A stretch of DNA of 32,000 bases from Oleispira antarctica RB-8 (GTDB lineage: Bacteria; Pseudomonadota; Gammaproteobacteria; Pseudomonadales; Oceanobacteraceae). Shown piece after piece: positions 16,444 through 23,758 of this stretch (position 1 is its first letter; each line of letters begins with the position of its first letter). Location: assembly GCA_000967895.1 (NCBI GenBank), contig FO203512.1, positions 537,582-569,581 of the forward strand, read 5' to 3'. The notes beneath the pieces are model-generated. The model saw only the letters and a list, made by a program, of their open reading frames with translations, searched no databases and was not told the DNA's origin. Made by a program: the position numbers and the translations under genes.

Positions 16444-18369
16444 ATGAAATTATTGATACAAGGTATCCTCAATCTGTGTCTGATCTGTGCAGTAGCTTAT
16501 CCTATTGTGAATGCTACGGCTGAGACTGGGAAAACCTTTGAAGTACCGGCTAAAAAAGATGAAATCGAAGAGGTGCGTTTTAAAGATGAAATGGAAGCGC
16601 GATTGAATCGAGACTTACAGGCATATCTTGGGAATAATCGCTTTATCATTCATGTTGAAGCCGAATTGAAAAAAACACGTACTGTTGTAAAAGAACGATC
16701 TAATACCGCGGCTAAGAATATTCCAGAACGCCCAGTATTTACTTCACAACCTTTGCCAGTATCAATCGATAATCGAACAAGAGAAATCGAAGAAACACTC
16801 CCTGGGCTTCCGACCAGTGATTTACCCATTTTCGAAGATAACAGTGTGGAAGTCGATGCGTTGAAAGGCCGTGTTCAGCAATTAGAGAATGAGCGGCAGC
16901 AAGCTCTGGGATATGCTGAAAAATTACGCCAAGAAGCTGAAAAGCAGATAGAAAAAATTAAAGAAAAAACGCTAGGTTATAGAAATTCTATTAATAAACT
17001 CACTATAACCGTGGTATTAGATAAAAGTTTAAAAGATGAGCAAATAGAATTCATTCGTAATTTGATTACTCGTAAAGCGCGCTTAGATGAATTACGAGGA
17101 GACTCTTTAAGCATTGTTCGTACAGAGTTTAAAGACGTTAAGCAAGATGTTGTACTGGATGGTTGGCAACAATACCAAGGCTGGATCATGTTAGCTTGTT
17201 TTGGCTTTATGATGTTGTTATTACTGCTGGTGCTCTATTTATTTAATAAGCGCTTGAGTGAGAGTCTAAAAGAGAATCAGCGAAGAAGTGATAACTTTGA
17301 TAGCCTGACTGTTCCGGCTGCCGTTGAAATGGCTCCTATTGATCATTCGGAAAATGAGGGTAATGATAAGCGTCGTCAGCTTAATGAAATGCGCCAAGAG
17401 CTCGTGACGATTGGCTTAGGCCAGCCACAGCTATTTCAACAGCGTATTAACGAACAGTTAAATAGCGGAAATAGTCAAAATGTAGCGGCCTTATATGAAG
17501 TATTAGGAAAGGGGTTGTTTCGCAGTCTTTGCCCAAAAATATTAAATTCTGATGCTGAAACTTTAGCAGACCAAGTCGCACAACAGCCTTTAGATAATGA
17601 ACAAAAACTTACTTATTTAAATAATCTGCGTCACGAGATGTTAAAAGCGTTAAGTGATGATGAAACGGGTAATGCTCCCTTTGCTTTTTTGGAAAAATTA
17701 AATGATTCACAAGTTTTATATTTAATAAAAGAAGAAGAAACGCGGATCAAAGCGTTGGTTTTATCGCAAGTTCCTGCAAAAAGAGCGGCCAGTTTAGTGC
17801 AGCGACTAGAGGGGCGTGAGCAATCTGCGGTAGCGTATGAATTGGGTGAGTTTGAAACCTTACCCGTATCAACCTTCAAAGACGTTGCGGATCGTTTAGC
17901 ACAAAAATCTTTGAATGTTCCAAGCTTTGAGAATGTATCTGCGAATGGTCTGTCAGTATTAATTAATATGCTAGACACCATGAGCAGTGGTGAAGAAACT
18001 CGTTTACTTAAAACATTAAAAGCGGATAAACCTGAAACCTATTATCGTTTGCGCCAAGTATATTATACCTATGCTGATTTGATGCGAACCCCTGAGCGAG
18101 TGATTGCGAATGAGCTTAGAGATGTTGATCGTACGGTGATGGCGTTATCGCTATGCCATACTACAACCGAATTCAAACGACATGTGTTAACGGGGTTGCC
18201 AGCCAAGCTACGATCTTCTGTCATTGCAGAATTGAAAATACAAGAAGGCCAAGCAGCACAAGAGCAAACTGAGCAGGCTAGAAATCAAGTTGTGGCTAAG
18301 ATGCGTGAAGTATTAAAAGCAGGCCGCTTTTCTATGGAAGAATTGATCGCTGTTGCGAATCCAAGTTAA
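16444..18369 (+). CDS. Bitopic FliF-like (periplasmic ring-building motifs) / FliG-like (cytoplasmic N-M-C domains) fusion protein (operon gene 3)
   Basis: I place the start at ATG 16444, with GGGGAACGG upstream and an N-terminal hydrophobic segment. The ORF-track start at 16363 would overlap gene 2. Periplasmic part: MEARLNRDLQAYLGNNRFIIHVEAEL and INKLTITVVLDKSL..EQIEFIRNLITRKARLDELRGDSLSIVRTEF, with the RGD-x-v-x-V...F motif placed before the TM as in FliF. TM about aa 247-267 (nt 17182-17244). Cytoplasmic part: AALYEVLGKGLFRSLCPKILNSDAETLADQVAQ (FliG-N like), EEETRIKALVLSQVPAKRAASLVQRLEGREQSAVAYELGEFETLP (FliG-M like, at the EHPQ position), and VYYTYADL...VIANELRDVD..VMALSL...LPAKLRSSVIAEL....ARNQVVAKMREVLKAGRF (FliG-C like). 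Confidence 0.7.
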   Translation: MKLLIQGILNLCLICAVAYPIVNATAETGKTFEVPAKKDEIEEVRFKDEMEARLNRDLQAYLGNNRFIIHVEAELKKTRTVVKERSNTAAKNIPERPVFTSQPLPVSIDNRTREIEETLPGLPTSDLPIFEDNSVEVDALKGRVQQLENERQQALGYAEKLRQEAEKQIEKIKEKTLGYRNSINKLTITVVLDKSLKDEQIEFIRNLITRKARLDELRGDSLSIVRTEFKDVKQDVVLDGWQQYQGWIMLACFGFMMLLLLLVLYLFNKRLSESLKENQRRSDNFDSLTVPAAVEMAPIDHSENEGNDKRRQLNEMRQELVTIGLGQPQLFQQRINEQLNSGNSQNVAALYEVLGKGLFRSLCPKILNSDAETLADQVAQQPLDNEQKLTYLNNLRHEMLKALSDDETGNAPFAFLEKLNDSQVLYLIKEEETRIKALVLSQVPAKRAASLVQRLEGREQSAVAYELGEFETLPVSTFKDVADRLAQKSLNVPSFENVSANGLSVLINMLDTMSSGEETRLLKTLKADKPETYYRLRQVYYTYADLMRTPERVIANELRDVDRTVMALSLCHTTTEFKRHVLTGLPAKLRSSVIAELKIQEGQAAQEQTEQARNQVVAKMREVLKAGRFSMEELIAVANPS

Positions 18370-18378
18370 GGATCAAGT

Positions 18379-19182
18379 ATGAATCGATTTTCGTTTAGTA
18401 CACTGGTTGGGATAACGGTCGCTATTAGCCTTTTCATGTACGCCATTGTTTCGAGCACCAATAACTATTTAATGTTTATTAGTGTCTCAAGCTTTGCTTT
18501 GGTGGCGGGAAGCACGTTTGCAGCCTCTTTGATTAGCTATACCACAGCAGACGTCCTTACCGCGATTAAAGCATTATTTGAGACCTTGTTTCATGCGCCG
18601 ACCAGTTCGAAACATTTACGCGGCCATGTAGAGCGCTTTATTGAATGGGGAAGTATTTATCGTCAACAAGGTATTGCGGGATTAGAGTCTTCGCTAACGG
18701 ACAAAGAGCGCAGAGATCCATTTTTAGCACACGGTATGGAGCTATTAAGCAGTGGTTATAAAAACCATGACATTCGTACTATTTTAACCGATGACATGGA
18801 CGCTTTCTGGCAACGAATGACTGTCGAGTCAAAAGTATTAAATACGATGGCTGTTTATGCTCCCGGCTTTGGTATGGTTGGTACCATCATCGGTTTGATT
18901 ATTATGCTCGATAATATGAATGGCGATATGGCCGCCTTAGGTAAAGGTTTGGCATTGGCATTAATTACAACGCTATATGGCGTTGTATTGGCCAACATTT
19001 TCTTTAGACCTGCTGCCAACCAAGTGACCGAAAAACAAGAATCATTATACTTTCGTGATCAAATGATTGTTGAAGGGTTTGTATTGTTAGCCGAGAAGCG
19101 TGACGCATTATTTATGCAAGATCGGTTGAATGCTTACCTCAAACCAAGTGCACGTTATCAGCCAATAGAAGAAGAGCTGTAA
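18379..19182 (+). CDS. MotA/PomA-family stator A subunit (operon gene 4)
   Basis: The 267-aa, 4-TM layout aligns by eye with V. alginolyticus PomA: APGFGMVGTIIGLIIMLDNM...LALALITTLYGVVLANIFFRPAANQV versus APAMGMIGTLVGLVAMLSNM...MAVALLTTLYGAILSNMVFFPIADKL. The cytoplasmic loop YRQQGIAGLE aligns with PomA ARKGGFLALE. Confidence 0.9.
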   Translation: MNRFSFSTLVGITVAISLFMYAIVSSTNNYLMFISVSSFALVAGSTFAASLISYTTADVLTAIKALFETLFHAPTSSKHLRGHVERFIEWGSIYRQQGIAGLESSLTDKERRDPFLAHGMELLSSGYKNHDIRTILTDDMDAFWQRMTVESKVLNTMAVYAPGFGMVGTIIGLIIMLDNMNGDMAALGKGLALALITTLYGVVLANIFFRPAANQVTEKQESLYFRDQMIVEGFVLLAEKRDALFMQDRLNAYLKPSARYQPIEEEL

Positions 19183-19862
19183 TGACAGAGTCGGTTTCTA
19201 ATAAACACAGGGGGCTAAGACGTCGTCGCCCCAATTTTGAGGATTCATCCAGCTCTTGGTTAATTACCTACTCTGATGCAGTTACTTTGCTGCTCGCTTT
19301 TTTTGTAATGATATTATCTGTCTCAGATTTGAATCAGGGAAAAGTGGAAGCGCTAAAAGAAGGTCTAACAGAAGCGATGACAGGAGAGGCGCCTCCTACA
19401 CCATTTACCGATATTAAAAATGGCTTAGAGCAATTAATTGAGCAGGATGGCTTGCAAGATCAAGTCTCTGTTACTCTAGATAAAGAAGGTGTGAAAATAG
19501 AGTTTTCAAATGTTTCATTATATCAATCAGGTTCGGCCGATATTAAAATTGATGCGATTAAAACACTGAATAAAGTAACTCAAGTTATACTAAAAACCAG
19601 CCATAAGACTCACATGGTCGAAGTGGGTGGGCATACTGATAATGTTCCAATTCATACCGAAAAATTCCCATCAAATTGGGAGTTGTCGTCTGCGCGAGCA
19701 ACCAATGTTGTTAAGTACTTATTAGCAGAAGGAATCGAAAAAGAACGACTAAAAGCGGCAGGTTACGCCGATAGCCGACCTAAAGAAAACAGCCTTAATT
19801 TACCCCTCAATCAGCAGCGTGAAGATAATCGACGCGTGGTTATTTTTGTAAAGCGTTACTAG
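19182..19862 (+). CDS. MotB/PomB-family stator B subunit with OmpA-like peptidoglycan-binding domain (operon gene 5)
   Basis: TAATG overlap with gene 4. The TM segment WLITYSDAVTLLLAFFVMIL carries the invariant Asp. The C-terminus GGHTDNVP...SNWELSSARATNVVKYL...NRRVVIFV is an OmpA/MotB PG-binding motif. Confidence 0.9.
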   Translation: MTESVSNKHRGLRRRRPNFEDSSSSWLITYSDAVTLLLAFFVMILSVSDLNQGKVEALKEGLTEAMTGEAPPTPFTDIKNGLEQLIEQDGLQDQVSVTLDKEGVKIEFSNVSLYQSGSADIKIDAIKTLNKVTQVILKTSHKTHMVEVGGHTDNVPIHTEKFPSNWELSSARATNVVKYLLAEGIEKERLKAAGYADSRPKENSLNLPLNQQREDNRRVVIFVKRY

Positions 19863-19903
19863 CGTTACATCATCAAACCCATCACTCAAGATCTTAATTC
19901 ATA

Positions 19904-19923
19904 GATGACATGAAAGTGTCATC
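19904..19923 (+). terminator. Hairpin downstream of the motB-like gene (possible weak terminator)
   Basis: Stem GATGACA (19904-10), loop TGAAAG, stem TGTCATC (19917-23). It is followed by an AT-rich stretch but not a clean T-run, and it overlaps the Pho-box-like element. Confidence 0.35.
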
Positions 19924-19948
19924 TAATGTTATTAAATCTGTCACTTTC
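19916..19948 (+). promoter_or_regulatory. Pho-box-like element (three 11-bp phased units) upstream of the phoX-like gene
   Basis: GTGTCAT-CTAA | TGTTATT-AAAT | CTGTCAC-TTTC, compared with the E. coli PhoB consensus CTGTCAT-AAAA-CTGTCAT. A perfect TATAAT lies at 19981-19986, 20 nt before the ATG. Confidence 0.35.
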
Positions 19949-20005
19949 ATAAGCTACTCTGCGCTCTCCAGTAATTAATTTATAATAATTGAGAGAGAAT
20001 AGATT

Positions 20006-21913
20006 ATGGAACTCCTTCAGAAAAACGCTTTATACAAGGCGGTATTACTCGCGATGACAACGAGTATGTTAGTTGCTTGCGGCGGAGATTCGGATGGCGA
20101 CGATGGTATAAATGGTGCTAGCGGTGCTAACGGTACTAATGGTGCTAACGGTACTAATGGTGCAGACGGTCAAAATGCGGGAGGACCTGTTTCAGTAATT
20201 GACCCAACAAGCCTTGTTTTTACCGGTGTAAAAGCCCCAATGACTGATGCTGAAAAACGTACGGTTTTAGCCTCTGATGCCATGATTGACGGTAAGGTTT
20301 ATGGCGGTGCTTATAAAACATTAGTACGTTCTGGTGAGGATGTTAATGGTATCTACTTTGGTCAATTAGTTGATGAGTCGGGTAGCGTATTAAAAGCGGG
20401 TGATGGATCTATTAAAATCTCTGATTCAAATGAATTTACCTCATTATTACCGATCGGCAATAAATTATTCTCAGTTTCTCAGTTTGAAAGTAAGCCAGGT
20501 GCAATGTTCTTGATGGAATTAAATCAAGATGCTGTCGATGGTGAATTAACTGTAAAAAACATGAGCCAAATAGACCAGTCTGGCATTGATGGAGGCTGGG
20601 TTCATTGCGCGGCATCCGTAACCCCTTGGACAACGCATTTAGCGTCAGAAGAATATGAGCCGAATGCTCGTTCTCTGGTTACAGGGTCTGATGCTCAATC
20701 CGATGGCTATACAAGTGGCATGTTGGATTATTACGCCGATATTAACCAATGGAATCCGTATTTCTATGGTTGGAATATTGAAGTTGTTGTCTCAGAAGAT
20801 GCTCAAGTAACAAGTACAAAGCATTATGCAATGGGGCGTTTAGCATTTGAACTTTCTTATGTGATGCCTGATAAAAAAACAACCTATATGACGGATGATG
20901 GAACGAACGTTGGCTTATATATGTTCGTTGCTGATACAGCTGAAGATCTGAGCGCAGGCACGGCTTATGCCGCTAAATGGAATCAAACGTCTGCCGATGG
21001 CATGGGCGCGGCTGACTTAGAATGGATTTCTTTAGGTCATGCGACAGATGCTGAGATTAAAGATTATGTGAAAGGCACCAACGGTAAAACTGTTGCAACT
21101 TTCGCAGATATCTTCACGACGGCAGATGCGACAGGATCGACATGTCCTGATACTTTTACTGCGGTTAATGCCGGTGGTAAAGGACTTGAGTGTTTGAAAG
21201 TGAATGCAGGTATGGAAAAAGCGGCTTCTCGTTTAGAGACACGTCGTTATGCTGCATTAATGGGTGCAACGACAGAATTCAGAAAAGAAGAAGGCGTTAC
21301 TTTCGATAGTAAGCGTAACAAGCTGTATGTTGCTATGTCATCTATTGAAAAAGGCATGATGGATAATGACTCAAATGATTTTGGTGGGCCAAATCACATT
21401 GCACTTAATACCTTAAACAAATGCGGTGGCGTATACGAATTAGACCTTGGAGCAAATGCTGGAATGGGGTCCGACTTTGTTGCACAAAACATGAAGGGCC
21501 TGATTGCTGGTCGCCCAGTCGATGGCAGTGGTTATGGTACAACAACCGAGCCACAAGCTGTTGGTTATGAGAATGGTAATAAGTGTCACATTGATGGAAT
21601 ATCAAACCCAGATAACGTTACGTATATGACGGGCTACGATAAGTTAATTGTCGGTGAAGATACGGGTTCTGGTCACCAGAATGATGTTATTTGGGCTTAT
21701 GACTTTACCTCAGAAGATCTTGTTCGAATTCAAACCACACCTTATGGTTCTGAAACAACGTCTCCTTACTGGTATCCAAATATCAATGGCTGGGCGTACA
21801 TGACTTCCGTTATTCAGCATCCTTATGGTGAGTCTGATGGTGGTGAGAATACTGGGGCAGGAGAAGCGCGTGCTTACACGGGTTATGTCGGTCCTTTCCC
21901 CGCTGTAAACTAA
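20006..21913 (+). CDS. PhoX/DUF839-family phosphatase-like lipoprotein with collagen-like Gly-X-Y linker
   Basis: Lipobox TSMLVA-C-GGD, then 8 GXY triplets. The core ...GGWVHCAASVTPWTTHLASEEYEPNA resembles the PhoX ...NCAGG.TPWGT.LTcEEN motif. The C-terminus ...GEDTGSGHQNDVIWAYD...GSETTSPYWYPNINGWAYMTSVIQHP resembles the PhoX end (E.tG..fsPdg.tlFvniQHP). Confidence 0.65.
   Translation: MELLQKNALYKAVLLAMTTSMLVACGGDSDGDDGINGASGANGTNGANGTNGADGQNAGGPVSVIDPTSLVFTGVKAPMTDAEKRTVLASDAMIDGKVYGGAYKTLVRSGEDVNGIYFGQLVDESGSVLKAGDGSIKISDSNEFTSLLPIGNKLFSVSQFESKPGAMFLMELNQDAVDGELTVKNMSQIDQSGIDGGWVHCAASVTPWTTHLASEEYEPNARSLVTGSDAQSDGYTSGMLDYYADINQWNPYFYGWNIEVVVSEDAQVTSTKHYAMGRLAFELSYVMPDKKTTYMTDDGTNVGLYMFVADTAEDLSAGTAYAAKWNQTSADGMGAADLEWISLGHATDAEIKDYVKGTNGKTVATFADIFTTADATGSTCPDTFTAVNAGGKGLECLKVNAGMEKAASRLETRRYAALMGATTEFRKEEGVTFDSKRNKLYVAMSSIEKGMMDNDSNDFGGPNHIALNTLNKCGGVYELDLGANAGMGSDFVAQNMKGLIAGRPVDGSGYGTTTEPQAVGYENGNKCHIDGISNPDNVTYMTGYDKLIVGEDTGSGHQNDVIWAYDFTSEDLVRIQTTPYGSETTSPYWYPNINGWAYMTSVIQHPYGESDGGENTGAGEARAYTGYVGPFPAVN
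20105..20176 (+). repeat. In-frame GGT-NNN-NNN triplet repeat with a perfect 18-bp tandem duplication
   Basis: ggtgctaacggtactaat occurs at 20123-20140 and again at 20141-20158, flanked by degenerate units. The region encodes GINGASGANGTNGANGTNGADGQN. Confidence 0.85.
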
Positions 21914-21940
21914 TCGTAATAATTGCAGGTTAGTATTGAA

Positions 21941-21966
21941 AGGGTGGCATTAGCCACCCTTTTTTT
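21941..21966 (+). terminator. Rho-independent terminator after the phoX-like gene
   Basis: Stem AGGGTGGC (21941-48), loop ATTA, stem GCCACCCT (21953-60), then T6. Confidence 0.8.
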
Positions 21967-21984
21967 ATTGAGAATATGTAAATT

Positions 21985-23724
21985 ATGTTTCGTTCTATTA
22001 ATTGTACTATTAATCGTACTATGCCTTGTCTGATAGTTTCTTGCTGTGTAGTTTTATGCCTTACGGCTTGTGATTTTTCTCAAGCTGATGAGCCTTCTCA
22101 ATCGAATGAGCTTTTCCAATCTAATAGTTCAGCAATAGATAAAAGTGCATTAACCAGTGATGTACTCAACAACCCCACTGCTTATATTCCCCCGCAGTGT
22201 TATACAAAAACTACCGCCACAGATGGCGCGATCCATAATCCTTGTTATGTTTGTCACACGGCCAGTAAAGCGCCCAATTTTTTAAATGATACCGATGTTC
22301 AGCAAGAACTTGTATTTCCTGAACCGGGCGTGATTAATCGTTGGGACAATATGTTTAAAGATTACAGTAAGCAAGTAGCCAAGATTAGCGATGAAACAAT
22401 ACTAAAGTATGTCCGCCAAGATAATTATAAAAACAGTCAAAATGAATTAATTTTAGCGGATAAATTACAAGCTTTACCTGCAGAGTGGGATAGAAATAAA
22501 AACGGCCAATGGGATGGGTTCATTCCCGACAGTTATTACAATTTTAATGACAAAGGATTTGATGTCGCCCCTAGTGGTGAATTAACAGGTTGGCGTGTCT
22601 TTGCTTATTATCCTTTTTTAGGCACCTTTATGCCTGTTAATGGTTCCACTGACGATGTCATGATTCGTTTACCAGAGATATTTAGGCAAGATGATAAGGG
22701 CATATTTGATGAGCGCGTTTATGAACTCAATCTATCTATTATCGAATCACTGCTAAAACAAAAAGATATTAATATTGCTGAAGTGGATGAAAATTTATAT
22801 CAAGTAGATTTGAACAAAGATGGCAAGTTGTCACACACAAGTACTATTCGTTTTTCATGGTCTCCAAACGATAATATTTTTATGAGCTACGTTGGCTTGG
22901 CTAAAGCTAAGCTGGCGGCTAAAGAAATAAATCTAGCAGCAGGACTTTACCCCGTTGGCACAGAGTTTCTTCACAGTGTTCGTTACATCGATGAAAAAGA
23001 CGGCAATACAGCAATGGCTGCTAGGATGAAAGAGTTGCGTTATGCCCGAAAAGAAAACTGGCGTAATTATTACCAGCTAGAACGCATTGCGATGAAAGAA
23101 GTAAAAGAACGCCATGATTTTCCCGATAGAACCAAGCAAGTTATCGGCAATATGGAAGTTGGATTAACCGTAGCGCAAGGTTGGACGTATCAAGGTTTTA
23201 TTGAAGATAAACAGGGCGACCTTAGACCCCAATCTTATGAAGAAAGTTATTTTTGTGTCGGTTGTCATAGTGGTACCGGAGCCACCGCAGATACCACTTT
23301 CTCGTTTTCGCGAAAATTTGATAGTGACAGTTTTAAGCAAGGTTGGTACAGCTGGCTTGAAAAAGACTTAGCTGGAATTAGCGATCCATTACGAAATGAT
23401 GGCTTAGGTGAGTATGGATATTATTTAACTCATAACCCGAGTGGTAATGAATACCGCAATAACGATGCGGTCAAAAATAAGTTTTATGATAAGCAGGGTA
23501 ATAAAAAAATAGGTGCTTTTAATGATCTGAAAACAGATATCAGTACCTTGTTAATGCCTGACGTTAAGCACGCGCTGATAATGAATAAAGCCTACAAGGT
23601 TATTGTTGATGAACAAAGTTATAGCCAAGGTCGAGATGGCCATGTTTCTGAGATTGTTAATATTCACAAAGAAGTCGAGTTAGGGCAGGATACCGGCATT
23701 GTTGATGTGCTTAATTTCCACTAG
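21985..23724 (+). CDS. Putative dihaem c-type cytochrome lipoprotein, unknown function
   Basis: Lipobox VVLCLTA-C-DFS, where Asp at +2 is the inner-membrane retention signal by the E. coli rule. There are two CxxCH motifs: CYVCH (nt 22243-22257) and CVGCH (nt 23254-23268). Length is 579 aa and no family name is recognised. Confidence 0.6.
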   Translation: MFRSINCTINRTMPCLIVSCCVVLCLTACDFSQADEPSQSNELFQSNSSAIDKSALTSDVLNNPTAYIPPQCYTKTTATDGAIHNPCYVCHTASKAPNFLNDTDVQQELVFPEPGVINRWDNMFKDYSKQVAKISDETILKYVRQDNYKNSQNELILADKLQALPAEWDRNKNGQWDGFIPDSYYNFNDKGFDVAPSGELTGWRVFAYYPFLGTFMPVNGSTDDVMIRLPEIFRQDDKGIFDERVYELNLSIIESLLKQKDINIAEVDENLYQVDLNKDGKLSHTSTIRFSWSPNDNIFMSYVGLAKAKLAAKEINLAAGLYPVGTEFLHSVRYIDEKDGNTAMAARMKELRYARKENWRNYYQLERIAMKEVKERHDFPDRTKQVIGNMEVGLTVAQGWTYQGFIEDKQGDLRPQSYEESYFCVGCHSGTGATADTTFSFSRKFDSDSFKQGWYSWLEKDLAGISDPLRNDGLGEYGYYLTHNPSGNEYRNNDAVKNKFYDKQGNKKIGAFNDLKTDISTLLMPDVKHALIMNKAYKVIVDEQSYSQGRDGHVSEIVNIHKEVELGQDTGIVDVLNFH

Positions 23725-23758
23725 TTAATCATAAATAGGAATCAACAGAGAATTTATT

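Noticed and set aside
18379-19862. MotA/MotB-like pair as a Zorya (ZorAB) anti-phage defence system
   Set aside because: ZorA proteins carry a very long C-terminal tail and are accompanied by ZorC/ZorD (or ZorE) genes. Here the A subunit is an ordinary 267-aa PomA-like protein. The partners are FliF/FliG-like, TPR and OM-barrel proteins, and no nuclease or helicase genes are present.
18379-19862. The same pair as TolQR or ExbBD
   Set aside because: The A subunit has the 4-TM PomA/MotA layout with the large cytoplasmic loop between TM2 and TM3. The B subunit has an OmpA-like PG-binding domain, which TolR and ExbD lack. No tolA/tolB/pal or tonB gene lies adjacent.
18379-19862. Simple explanation: this is just the canonical flagellar motAB/pomAB locus
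   Set aside because: This is not fully excluded. However, canonical stator loci are not preceded by a FliF/FliG-like fusion, a TPR lipoprotein and an OM barrel in one translationally packed operon. Deciding needs the rest of the genome, so it is recorded as the main refutation test for the finding.
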